NCBI GenBank assembly: GCA_963751455.1 | Contig: CAVVUN010000002.1 | Location: 192,001 to 256,000, forward strand | Length of the DNA: 64,000 bases | Origin: Nitrospirota bacterium | GTDB lineage: Bacteria > Nitrospirota > UBA9217 | Direction: 5' to 3' | Shown: positions 43,819 through 53,355 of the stretch, in pieces | Layout: every line of letters begins with the position of its first letter | How positions within the stretch are numbered: the stretch's first letter is position 1 | Translations under genes and position numbers: made by a program | Notes under the pieces: generated by a model | What the model saw: the letters and a program-made list of their open reading frames with translations, nothing else | Told to the model about the DNA's origin: nothing | The model's database searches: none

Positions 43819-44640
43819 ATGAAAAACTTTTTACATGTGGCCTGTCAGGCTGCGCGCAGTGCCGAAGCCCTGTTGAGGGAAAACCTGCAAGGTTTGAGGC
43901 AGATCAGGTACAAAGGCGACGTCAACCTGGTCACTGAAATGGATATGCGCTCCGAGCGTGTTATAGTTGAAATGCTCAGAAAAGCGTTTCCCGGCCATGG
44001 AATCATTGCCGAAGAGGAAACCAGGATACCGAATAGTTCCGGCTATACATGGATCATCGACCCTCTTGACGGAACGACCAATTATGCCCATGGGTACCCC
44101 TGTTTTTCAGTTTCGATAGCGCTCGAATCCGCGCGGGAAGTCATTGCAGGCGTCGTCTACGATCCCATGAGAAACGAGCTGTTTTGTGCAAGTGCAGGGA
44201 GCGGAGCTTATTTGAACGACAAAAAGATCAGGGTATCGCCGGTGACCGTGCTGATACAAAGCCTGCTCGCGACCGGCTTTCCCTATGACCGGAAAGAGAG
44301 CGAGAAAAACAACATGAATTACTTCCATGATCTCCTCATGGCTTCGCAGGAAGTACGCCGGGACGGCTCTGCCGCGCTCGACCTCTGTTCGGTTGCCGCC
44401 GGAAGATTCGACGGGTTCTGGGAACTGAAGCTTAAACCCTGGGATGTGGCGGCTGGGAGCCTGATTGTTCGCGAAGCGGGCGGTATGGTTTCCGACCTCG
44501 CTGGAAATGCCTTTGAGCTGGAAGCCGAGGAGATCGTCGCGAGCAACGGCCTTATACACCCGCAGATGGTGGAAGTCCTTATAAAGTCTGAAGAATTACG
44601 GAACGAGGATGTGGGAGCGAAAACCGGAAACAATGCTTAA
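43819..44640 (+). CDS. suhB: Inositol monophosphatase family protein
   Basis: AEE, WIIDPLDGTTNY, GSAALD, WDVAAG. Confidence 0.92.
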   Translation: MKNFLHVACQAARSAEALLRENLQGLRQIRYKGDVNLVTEMDMRSERVIVEMLRKAFPGHGIIAEEETRIPNSSGYTWIIDPLDGTTNYAHGYPCFSVSIALESAREVIAGVVYDPMRNELFCASAGSGAYLNDKKIRVSPVTVLIQSLLATGFPYDRKESEKNNMNYFHDLLMASQEVRRDGSAALDLCSVAAGRFDGFWELKLKPWDVAAGSLIVREAGGMVSDLAGNAFELEAEEIVASNGLIHPQMVEVLIKSEELRNEDVGAKTGNNA

Positions 44641-45766
44641 CAAGCTTTCTTCTGATGTTTCGATCGTGCGCTGTCATGACTATGAACGCGCACGCGTTAT
44701 GTGCGCGGTTCGGAAGGCCGTTGATCTCCTGGGAGGCATAGAGAAATTTGTAAAACCGGGCGAGAGCGTCCTTCTCAAACCGAACCTTTTGAAGGCAAGC
44801 CCGCCCGAGAAGGCCGTAACAACGCATCCGGAAATCGTACGGGCGGTAATCCGTATGGTGCATGAAGCAGGGGGGAAAGCGCTTGTCGGAGATAGTCCCG
44901 GGTTCGGCGAGCTGCGAAAAGTGGCCGAGAAGGCCGGGATCCTCGATGTCGTCAATGAAGAAGGCGCCGAACTGGCGGTTTTGGACGACGCTGTGCAGGT
45001 GAAAAATGCAGGAAGGTTCCAGCGGTTTGAAATCGCACGGCGGGCGAGCGAAGCGGACGCAATCATTAATCTTCCCAAACTCAAGACCCATGGTATGACT
45101 ACGCTTACCGGCGCGGTAAAGAACCTCTTCGGGTGCATACCGGGAAAGCGCAAGGTCCAGTGGCACTTCAACACAGGCGTGAACCATGAGCTGTTCATGA
45201 CCATGCTTCTGGAACTGCATGCTCTTCTTGCGCCCCGCCTGACGATCATGGATGCGGTCGTCGGAATGGAAGGAAACGGACCCGGCAGCGGTGATCCGCG
45301 GCCGATCGGAGCGGTGCTGGCCGGACGGGATGCCGTCGGGATCGACGCGGTCTCAGCCCGCCTCGTCGGAGTAGCGCCTGAAAAGCTTCCGCTCCTGAAG
45401 GTTGCGAGGCGGGCCGGCATCGGAGAAACGAGGCCGGACCGCATCAGGATGCTCGGCGACCCTCTATCGAGTGTTGCCGTTAAAAATTTCCGCCTTCCCC
45501 CTCATGCCCATCTCGAGTGGCGCCTCCCTGAATGGGCCAGAAAATTTTTGAAAGATGCTTTGACGACAAGGCCGGTTATCAATCATGCTCAATGCATCCG
45601 TTGCGATGTATGCCGGGGCCATTGTCCGCAGGCCGCAATCGATGAAGCCCGGAAACAGCTTGCCATTCGCTATCGCGATTGCATTCGCTGCTTCTGCTGC
45701 CAGGAGTTCTGCCCTCAAGGGGCTATAACCGTAGGGCGGGGATGGGCGCTTAAGATCCTGCGGTAG
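44633..45766 (+). CDS. DUF362 protein with C-terminal 2x[4Fe-4S] ferredoxin domain
   Basis: LLKPNL, TTHP, LPKLKTH, GAVKNLFG, two CxxCxxCxxxCP. Confidence 0.9.
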   Translation: MLNKLSSDVSIVRCHDYERARVMCAVRKAVDLLGGIEKFVKPGESVLLKPNLLKASPPEKAVTTHPEIVRAVIRMVHEAGGKALVGDSPGFGELRKVAEKAGILDVVNEEGAELAVLDDAVQVKNAGRFQRFEIARRASEADAIINLPKLKTHGMTTLTGAVKNLFGCIPGKRKVQWHFNTGVNHELFMTMLLELHALLAPRLTIMDAVVGMEGNGPGSGDPRPIGAVLAGRDAVGIDAVSARLVGVAPEKLPLLKVARRAGIGETRPDRIRMLGDPLSSVAVKNFRLPPHAHLEWRLPEWARKFLKDALTTRPVINHAQCIRCDVCRGHCPQAAIDEARKQLAIRYRDCIRCFCCQEFCPQGAITVGRGWALKILR

Positions 45767-45782
45767 CGTGCTGTGCAAGCTT

Positions 45783-46679
45783 TCACTCGCCATCCTGTTC
45801 CCCGGTTGTCGTCGTTTTCTCCTCCTCAATGCTTCGCAGTAATTCCTGCGGATCGGCATCCTGTTCTTCGTCCTCGATAGTGAAAATTGTTTCCTCCGCC
45901 ATCCGATCGGGATCTTTGCCGCGAGCCAGAAGCTCACGATACACGAACGGTTTGATGGTGACCGGAAGCAGCGGATCTTCGTGGAGGTCGCGAAGCTGCG
46001 CTATCTTCAGCGTCTTTAAAAAACCGGCAGACAGCGAGAGCGGGGTGTGCACATTTCTTGAGAGAGAGAAGCGTATTTCCGATCTCGACGACCAATTGGG
46101 ATGTCTCGCTATCATCAGGATGGTCTGGGGAATCGTGTCCCTCCGGCTTATAACCTTGTACAGATGGTATTCGGTGAGACGCGGATTATTGAGGCAAAAC
46201 TGAATCACGTCCGGTTCCTGGTCCTGCAGAAGCTTCAAAAGTACGTTTCCTGCCGCTTTTCTCGCAAGCGCCTTCCTGTTTCCCAGCGCCATGCTCGGTA
46301 TTTGCTCCATGATGATCGATTCAATCTTGTGCCGGAACACGAGAGGAATGAAATGGTTTCGCGTTATCTCCTCCATATCAAAAATGCGGAGGTAACGCGC
46401 TTTTGAAAGGGATATCGAGAGCGGCGATCCGGGATTCCGGACAAGAGCAAGCCGAAGAGCATAGCTTTCCGCCCACCGTTTGTCTTTTGCGATCGCTTCC
46501 AGAATGTCTGCGGGCATATCTTTCCTGTTCACGATCACGAGAATGTCCTGTTCGGTCAGGTTTCTGTTCGTGATAAGCGCCCTCAGCACCCCGGGTGACG
46601 GATCGTGGAGGTAGTTAACGATTTGATCTGCCCTCGCAGCCGCAGCCGATTTGATTTTTTCCTGCTCCGTCAAAGACAT
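45783..46679 (-). CDS. Helical (LRV/HEAT-like) repeat hypothetical protein
   Basis: Repeated L..NP motifs (LVRNPGSP, LNNPRLT, LSRNVHTP). Confidence 0.6.
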   Translation of the reverse strand: MSLTEQEKIKSAAAARADQIVNYLHDPSPGVLRALITNRNLTEQDILVIVNRKDMPADILEAIAKDKRWAESYALRLALVRNPGSPLSISLSKARYLRIFDMEEITRNHFIPLVFRHKIESIIMEQIPSMALGNRKALARKAAGNVLLKLLQDQEPDVIQFCLNNPRLTEYHLYKVISRRDTIPQTILMIARHPNWSSRSEIRFSLSRNVHTPLSLSAGFLKTLKIAQLRDLHEDPLLPVTIKPFVYRELLARGKDPDRMAEETIFTIEDEEQDADPQELLRSIEEEKTTTTGEQDGE

Positions 46680-46819
46680 GGCATATTATACGGATTTTTA
46701 AAACTATTGACAAATCCTAAAGTTTTAGGTATTTTGTTACCTTAACAATCTGTTTTTTTAGGTTTTCCGAGTCACCATGTCATAGCTTCTCAGCGCACTT
46801 TTCCTTCGTAGAGGTTCCA

Positions 46820-47356
46820 ATGGAACGGACGCTGCTCCTCAATGCCACATTTGAGCCGTTGAAGATCATTTCATGGCAAAGGGCCATTACGCTGCTTACT
46901 CAGGGCAAAGTCGAAGTGATCGATTTTTACGATCGAGACATACGCGGCGTGTCGATTACCTTCAAACTTCCTTCTATTCTCCGTCTCCTCAAACTGGTCA
47001 AGGTCAGGCGTGCAAGCAGAGAGGTGCGGTTCTCGCGGGCCAACATCTATCAGCGGGACAAGTACACATGCCAGTACTGCGGCAGCAAATATCCGTCAGA
47101 AGAACTTACCTTCGACCACGTGATCCCACAGGTTCAGGGCGGCGGGGCAACGTGGGAGAATATTGTAACGGCCTGCCTTAGCTGCAATAACAGGAAGGGC
47201 GGCAGAACGCCGCACGAGGCAAGGATGAGACTGATCAGAAAGCCCGTAAAACCGCCGTGGATGCCGGTCGTGACCCTTACCTTCGGAATCAAAAACGCTC
47301 CTATCAGCTGGCGGGATTATCTCTATTGGAATATCGAACTGAATAACGAAAGCTGA
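46820..47356 (+). CDS. HNH endonuclease (McrA-like housekeeping family)
   Basis: LLLNATFEPL, RDKYTCQYCG, TFDHVIP, WENIVTACLSCNNRKG. Confidence 0.92.
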   Translation: MERTLLLNATFEPLKIISWQRAITLLTQGKVEVIDFYDRDIRGVSITFKLPSILRLLKLVKVRRASREVRFSRANIYQRDKYTCQYCGSKYPSEELTFDHVIPQVQGGGATWENIVTACLSCNNRKGGRTPHEARMRLIRKPVKPPWMPVVTLTFGIKNAPISWRDYLYWNIELNNES

Positions 47357-47508
47357 CGCTGCTTGAATCGCGCAACGATTTTTCCACGCGGCTTCTCTTC
47401 CTCGTGCATCGACTTCTTTCCTGATTATTCTTTTTCCCTTGTCAACGTTATGGTTTGATGTTATAGTCGCTATCGCCCAACACCGGTCATAATGGAGGAG
47501 GCAGTACC

Positions 47509-48144
47509 ATGAAAAAAATAATCACAGCGGTCACTTCCATCGGGCTTATTTTGCTGACCAATGCGGCCTGGGCAGCACCGCTGTTGACCCAGAACTTTAC
47601 TCAGAACGAGTTTACCACGGCTGAAAGTCTCGATCCGGGAATGACCCAGACCGGGATTAACTTCACCCTGGGGGATCATTACAAGAATTACTATCCGGAA
47701 ATCCGGTACGGTCTCGGCGCCCTCACCGAAGTGGGCGTGAAGTTCGGTATTTCGCTCGCAAGGGTGGACGGTATGGACAAACTCGGCGGCTTGCTTGGTG
47801 TAGATATAAAACACCAGCTCATCAAGGAGACCACCGGCATTCCGCTTGACATGGCCGTCGACATCGGGTTTGACAATACGATCATCAAAAAGAAGAACGC
47901 AAGCGAAATCACTTTTTCGACGATCTTCAGCAAAAGCTACCCGCTTACGGAACGCGGATACAAATTTATCCCGTACGGCGGACTCGAAATGGCGTCGCTC
48001 GGCGGCTCAGCGGTCGAGAGCGATACCTCGGTTTACGTCTTCGGCGGTTTTGAATGGAAACTGAGCCAGAAGTTCATGGTTCTTATGGAGTTCAAGGGCG
48101 GTCACAGAAATCTCGGCGGGATCGCCATTCGCTTCGAGTATTAA
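47509..48144 (+). CDS. Exported protein, probable outer-membrane beta-barrel
   Basis: Signal peptide, amphipathic strands, terminal aromatic RFEY. Confidence 0.55.
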   Translation: MKKIITAVTSIGLILLTNAAWAAPLLTQNFTQNEFTTAESLDPGMTQTGINFTLGDHYKNYYPEIRYGLGALTEVGVKFGISLARVDGMDKLGGLLGVDIKHQLIKETTGIPLDMAVDIGFDNTIIKKKNASEITFSTIFSKSYPLTERGYKFIPYGGLEMASLGGSAVESDTSVYVFGGFEWKLSQKFMVLMEFKGGHRNLGGIAIRFEY

Positions 48145-48184
48145 GTATAAATTTCAGCGCGGTTCGGTATCGTCTTTCAACAGT

Positions 48185-48670
48185 ATGCCTCTTTCGCCTT
48201 CTGGAAATATCCGAGCTGTTCCTCTCCCCCTTCTCTTGCAGGAACTGCAGCAGGGAAAAGCCTCCGGGACGCTGACTCTGGTTCGGGGCGGCGTAAAGAA
48301 ATCCGTCTTCATAAAGAACGGCCAGATCGTTTTCGCAACATCGACGGAGGGGAACGACCGTCTTGGAGAAATACTGGTGAAGGCCGGCCTCATCACTTCC
48401 CAGCAGCTGGAGACCGGGCTGGCGGAGTACCGCAAGAATGTGGGGATCAAAAAGCTCGGCGCGATTCTGGTAGAACACGGTTTCGTTTCCCCCAAGGGCC
48501 TCTTTACCGGGCTGAAGAGCCAGGTTAAAGACATCATATACAGTCTTTTTTTATGGGACCAGGCCGAATATCAATTCAATGCGCACCTGCCGCCTGATAT
48601 CATCGAGCTTCACATAAACCTTCAGGAACTGATCGAAGAAATCATCGCGCGCATCAAACGAGAGGGCTAA
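48185..48670 (+). CDS. DUF4388/PATAN domain protein
   Basis: SGTLTL, F.KNGQIVFA, RLGEILV, LGAILV, LFLW..AEYQF. Confidence 0.8.
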   Translation: MPLSPSGNIRAVPLPLLLQELQQGKASGTLTLVRGGVKKSVFIKNGQIVFATSTEGNDRLGEILVKAGLITSQQLETGLAEYRKNVGIKKLGAILVEHGFVSPKGLFTGLKSQVKDIIYSLFLWDQAEYQFNAHLPPDIIELHINLQELIEEIIARIKREG

Positions 48671-48765
48671 CGTGAGGAGCGCGCGGTTCTTTTTTATTGT
48701 CCTTTCGTCCGGTTACAGGTATAATTTCGCGTACATTAAACTTGAGGCAATTTAACGGAGCGATA

Positions 48766-49335
48766 GTGAAAGCCCTGGAGCACGCATCATTTTCCGAGAT
48801 GGCCGAACGGGTCAGTGCGCTGTACAACGAGGAGCAGGATGCCCTTCTTCTTGCGATGCTCGGTCAGGAGTACATTATCCGTCATGACGGCATTTTTCTT
48901 CACGGGCAGAAGGCGCCCGAGATCCACGTATCGGTCCTCATGGACTATCTCTTCTCATCAGGTACGGCGCTTACTATCATGCCCTGGCGAAGCATCAAAG
49001 ATTTTTCATCCGTCCTTTCTCCCGATTTCAGGAAAAAAGTCGAACTGCCCCTGACCCAGTATGCTGCGGAGATGATCACACGTGCAAATGCGCTTCTGCC
49101 CATGCTAGACGCAAAGACGGTTCAGAGTCTGATCGGCAGCGACATGGCAGTCACGGTTCTGGCCCTTCCCAAGGTGTACCTTCACATGGAACTCTCGCAG
49201 GAGACGCCTGATTTCCCGCCGGAAGTATGGATCCTGTTCTCGAACAACGCGAATGATTTTCTGAGCGTAGAGAGCCTGCAGGCTATTGCCGAGGTATTCA
49301 AGGAGAGGCTGTTGAGCCTGCTCAGGATATACTGA
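48766..49335 (+). CDS. DUF3786-like protein
   Basis: LPKV...DFPPEVWILF.NNA..FL. Confidence 0.65.
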   Translation: MKALEHASFSEMAERVSALYNEEQDALLLAMLGQEYIIRHDGIFLHGQKAPEIHVSVLMDYLFSSGTALTIMPWRSIKDFSSVLSPDFRKKVELPLTQYAAEMITRANALLPMLDAKTVQSLIGSDMAVTVLALPKVYLHMELSQETPDFPPEVWILFSNNANDFLSVESLQAIAEVFKERLLSLLRIY

Positions 49336-49343
49336 ACCACGTC

Positions 49344-50099
49344 ATGACGAAATCCAAAATTCGAACTCCGGCATCGGCACAAGACCGTCTGATCCTCGCC
49401 CTGGACGTCGACAGCAGGCAGGAAGCGCTCGCTATCGTCGATGAGCTCAAGGATGCAGCGGGCTTGTTCAAGGTCGGGCATCAGCTGTTCACTTCCTGCG
49501 GGCCGGAAATCGTGCGGGCCATCATCGGCAAAGGCGGCAGGGTATTCCTCGACTTGAAGTACCATGATATCCCGAACACGGTTGCAAAGGCATCTGCGGA
49601 GGCAGTGAAACTCGGGGTAGCAATCTTCAATGTGCACGCCCTCGGCGGCCTTGACATGATGAGGGCGGCGTCGGAGTCAGCCCGGGAGACCGCCCACAAA
49701 TACGGGTTGCCTGCGCCGGTCACGCTGGCCGTGACGGTGCTGACCAGCATGGATGAAAAAATGCTGCGCAGGGAACTGAAAGTCACGCGTACCCTTACAC
49801 GGGAAGTGGCTCATCTCGCGCGTCTTGCTCAAAGGGCGGGCATGAGCGGTGTGGTCGCGTCTCCGCAGGAGATCAAGCTGCTCCGCAGAGGAGTTCGCGG
49901 CGAATTCGTGATCCTGACTCCTGGAGTGCGGCCGGCATGGGCCGCAAAGGACGATCAGAAGAGGGTCATGACGCCTGCCCAGGCGATAGCCGCGGGTGCG
50001 GATTACATCGTGATCGGCAGGCCCGTGCTGAAGGCAATTGACCGGCGGGCGGCTGTAGAGAAGATACTTGAAGAGATGGAAAAGATTCATGCTGCATGA
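49344..50099 (+). CDS. pyrF: Orotidine-5'-phosphate decarboxylase
   Basis: LALD, FLDLKYHDIPNT, VTVLTS, TPGVRP, DDQKR, VIGRP. Confidence 0.96.
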   Translation: MTKSKIRTPASAQDRLILALDVDSRQEALAIVDELKDAAGLFKVGHQLFTSCGPEIVRAIIGKGGRVFLDLKYHDIPNTVAKASAEAVKLGVAIFNVHALGGLDMMRAASESARETAHKYGLPAPVTLAVTVLTSMDEKMLRRELKVTRTLTREVAHLARLAQRAGMSGVVASPQEIKLLRRGVRGEFVILTPGVRPAWAAKDDQKRVMTPAQAIAAGADYIVIGRPVLKAIDRRAAVEKILEEMEKIHAA

Positions 50100-50156
50100 T
50101 CAATGCTTGCGCTGCCCGGCGTTTTACTGAGATCGCGACAAGGAGTAAGCTAAGAC

Positions 50157-50735
50157 ATGATGACACCTGACCAGGTTTTGGAGATCTATAAAAAAACAGG
50201 CGCGCTGCTGAGCGGCCACTTTCTGCTCTCGTCCGGACTGCACAGTGAACAGTATCTTCAGTCAGCTCTCGTGCTCCAGGAGCCTGATACCGCTACAAAA
50301 CTGTGTGCCGCTCTTTCGGAACATTTTAAAAATATGAACATCCAGGCAGTCATCGCACCTGCGCTTGGCGGGGTTTTTGTCTCGCATGAGACGGCCAGGG
50401 CGCTTGGTGTGCGGGCTTTATTTGCGGAACGCGTGAACGGCGAGCTTATACTCCGCAGAGGGTTCTCGATCAAGCCGGGCGAACGCGTGCTGGTGGTTGA
50501 AGATGTGATTACGACGGGAAAATCGACCAAGGAAACCGTCCAGGTCGTAAAGAATGCCGGAGGCAATGTAATTGCAGCAGGGTCTCTTATAGATCGTTCG
50601 GGCGGCAAAGCTGACGTGGGTGTTCCGTACAAATCACTGGTAACGTTGACCGTTCCTGCGTATTCCCCGGAATTGTGTCCTATGTGTAAAGCAGGCAGTG
50701 CGCCGGTCAAGCCGGGAAGCAGGGGATTGAAATAA
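50157..50735 (+). CDS. pyrE: Orotate phosphoribosyltransferase
   Basis: GHFLLSSGLHS, VVEDVITTGKS. Confidence 0.95.
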   Translation: MMTPDQVLEIYKKTGALLSGHFLLSSGLHSEQYLQSALVLQEPDTATKLCAALSEHFKNMNIQAVIAPALGGVFVSHETARALGVRALFAERVNGELILRRGFSIKPGERVLVVEDVITTGKSTKETVQVVKNAGGNVIAAGSLIDRSGGKADVGVPYKSLVTLTVPAYSPELCPMCKAGSAPVKPGSRGLK

Positions 50736-51197
50736 CATTACCTGAAAAGAGCATTTGGACGCGGATAAAATCGGATAAACGCAGATTAAGATAAACCTGG
50801 GTTCATCAGCGTCCAAGGTCTATCCAGAATAACTTTTTTTCTTCCTTAATCCGAGGCTGCTGTAGAGATGGTAGGCACAATCAGGACCGACCAGCGAGCG
50901 GGCCGATTCGAATGAAATTTTCACTCTGCCGCTCACGATCATTTTTCTGTACAGGTATCGCAGACGTATATCGTCGGATTTGTTCTTCATACTGTACTGA
51001 ATAGTACGACACTTTTTTCTTCTTAATCAATAACTAAGTTAAGCAAAATGATCTTTGGTCTGTCCCCTATAATCCTCCAAATTGCCCCTTTTGTCATTTC
51101 GAACGAAGTGGGAAATCTAAGCTTTCCAAGAGTGAATGGCAGTTCGTTCAGGGCGGAATGAGATTATCACCTGATACCGTTTAAAAAGGAAAAAGAA

Positions 51198-51767
51198 ATG
51201 CACAAAGCTGTTTTTCTGGATAAAGACGGGACCTTGATCGAGGACGTTCCATATAATGTGGACCCGGATAAAATTAAATTTACCCGGGGCTGTGAAAGCG
51301 GATTACAACTGCTCCAGTCAAAGGGGTACAAACTGATCGTTATTTCCAACCAGTCCGGGATAGCCAGGGGGTATTTTACCGAAGAAGATATTCTAAGAGT
51401 TAAGGAAACGATATCGCAAATGGCAGCGGAATTCGGCGTAAAATTTACCGGTTTCTATTTTTGTCCTCATCATCCGGAAGGCACGATCGAACAATACACT
51501 GTCCGCTGCAACTGTCGCAAACCTCAACCCGGCCTCATTCTGCAGGCCGCAACAGACTATGATATCGATCTTGCTCATTCCTGGTTTATCGGTGATATTT
51601 TGAACGATATCGAGGCGGGACGAAGAGCGGCTTGCAAAACAATCCTCATCGATAACGGTAAAGAAACCGAGTGGGTCCTTTCCCGGAATCGCCTTCCGCA
51701 TCATATCGTCTCTGACTTTGAAGAGGCTGCCGAAATTGTATCTCTTCTATCCGGACATTCAGTTTAA
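51198..51767 (+). CDS. gmhB: D,D-heptose 1,7-bisphosphate phosphatase-like HAD
   Basis: FLDKDGTL, SNQSGIARG, CPHHP..CNCRKP, IGD..ND. Confidence 0.85.
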   Translation: MHKAVFLDKDGTLIEDVPYNVDPDKIKFTRGCESGLQLLQSKGYKLIVISNQSGIARGYFTEEDILRVKETISQMAAEFGVKFTGFYFCPHHPEGTIEQYTVRCNCRKPQPGLILQAATDYDIDLAHSWFIGDILNDIEAGRRAACKTILIDNGKETEWVLSRNRLPHHIVSDFEEAAEIVSLLSGHSV

Positions 51768-51899
51768 CCCTGATCTAGAACCACAGATGAACACAATTAA
51801 CTACTGCCAAATCAAAATCAGGTATCACCTCGTTACGCAATCCTGAAACGACTTAACTTCCTGCTTTTGTATTCCACCTGTGTTTATCTGTGGTTCCCA

Positions 51900-51992
51900 T
51901 GTCATTCCGAAGGAGCGAAGCGAGGAATCTTGGTGCAGGTCCCGTGAGAAGTATTTCAAACGACAAGATTTCTCACTTCGTTCGAAATGACA
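51900..51992. repeat. TGTCATT...AATGACA palindromic MITE/REP
   Basis: TGTCATTCCGAAGGAGCGAAG...CTTCGTTCGAAATGACA; partial copy at ~51091. Confidence 0.65.
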
Positions 51993-52016
51993 AAACGGAG
52001 AACATATCTGCTTTGT

Positions 52017-52988
52017 TCAATAAAAAAACACCCGGAACTTTATCGCGCCCGCGAGGCGCCAGTAAACCGACAAAAACGGAATCATGAGTGACGTAACGAG
52101 CATCTCAGTTATATGACGCAGAGAATGTGATGTTCCCCGCAGCCGGGTAAGACAGACCGATACGGTCAACAAAATCCATGCGGCAAGCGCCATTGCCGCG
52201 ATAGGCCTGACGTTCAGAGCCATGCTCAAAAAAGACAGGATCGAGCAGGCGACAATGGCGTAATAACGCGCCAGAAGCGGATTATGGATCTTCTTTTTAT
52301 ACAGGTCTCGGTGCTTTTTGTAGAGCAGGGCATTGAACATGCTCTTACTTTGTTCCCGAATGCTGATGCCCCAATGACCTCTCCGTACCGGGTGCACAAC
52401 CACGGCTTCCGGAACGGTCATGAGCCGGTAGTTGCGCTTCAGCAGAGTGAAAAAGAGATCCGCATCTTCGTGCCAGGCCCTGGTAAAGCGTTCATCGAAG
52501 CCGTTGACCTCCGCGAGAGCTTTTTTGAGGTAAAAACAGTTTGCCGTTACAAATTCGGAATGTTCAAGAAAGGAAGTGTTCAGTTCATAGTCGGTCGGAT
52601 CGTGCCTTAGAGGGACCACTATTTTCCCTGATACGCCGGCTGCTCCCCGGCGGACTGCAGAAGTCCCGCGTGAAAGCCAGTCCGGCCGCGGTAGACAGTC
52701 GTCATCCGTAAATGCGATGATGAACCCCTGCGCAGCCTTCCAGCCCCGATTCCTCGCTGCTGCCGGGCCGTGCCGTCCCTGAACAGGCAGATAGCGTATA
52801 ACGGGCGCTACATTTCCGAGAGCATACCCCTCGACCAGTCTTTTCGTTTCTTCACGCCCGGCGTCGTCCACCACAATGATCTCGTATCTCGATTTGTCGA
52901 AGGCCTGGAGCAGAAGCGCATCCATGCACTGTTTCAGCAGTGCGTCGCGTTTGTATGTAGGGATAACGACCGAAACGATGACATTCAT
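52017..52988 (-). CDS. Glycosyltransferase family 2 with C-terminal TM helices
   Basis: SVVIPTY, IIVVDD, GPAAARN, AFTDDDC, GFDERF, EDAD. Confidence 0.92.
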   Translation of the reverse strand: MNVIVSVVIPTYKRDALLKQCMDALLLQAFDKSRYEIIVVDDAGREETKRLVEGYALGNVAPVIRYLPVQGRHGPAAARNRGWKAAQGFIIAFTDDDCLPRPDWLSRGTSAVRRGAAGVSGKIVVPLRHDPTDYELNTSFLEHSEFVTANCFYLKKALAEVNGFDERFTRAWHEDADLFFTLLKRNYRLMTVPEAVVVHPVRRGHWGISIREQSKSMFNALLYKKHRDLYKKKIHNPLLARYYAIVACSILSFLSMALNVRPIAAMALAAWILLTVSVCLTRLRGTSHSLRHITEMLVTSLMIPFLSVYWRLAGAIKFRVFFY

Positions 52989-53355
52989 TATTCCGCCCCC
53001 GCTACAGAAGAAAAAATTGTCCGATTGCGAGCGCGTCAATCGGTGAAGATTGCCGGGCCTCACGAACTTTTCGGGAATAAAACGGTTTTAATTATCTCGG
53101 AAACTTCATACTATTGATTCTATCTCGCAGGTAAATTCATTGTCAATTTACGAGCACATTTCGAACAGAATAGTTGCGACAAAGAAACTATAGTACTGGA
53201 ATGATCAAAAGAGATTGCAACAGATTAGTCCTTTATCACAAAGGAACGTAAGGCGGAGATGAGGCAGCGAAGAAATTTCGTAAAAGAGCGTGGATACTAA
53301 AGAAGGAGGTCGCAAAAAAGAAAAGGAGACAAACTTCGTGATCGCCTTTTGGATT

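Noticed and set aside
43001-47356. Prophage (XRE pair plus HNH)
   Set aside because: No integrase, structural or replication genes; the HNH belongs to a widespread chromosomal family and its neighbours are housekeeping genes
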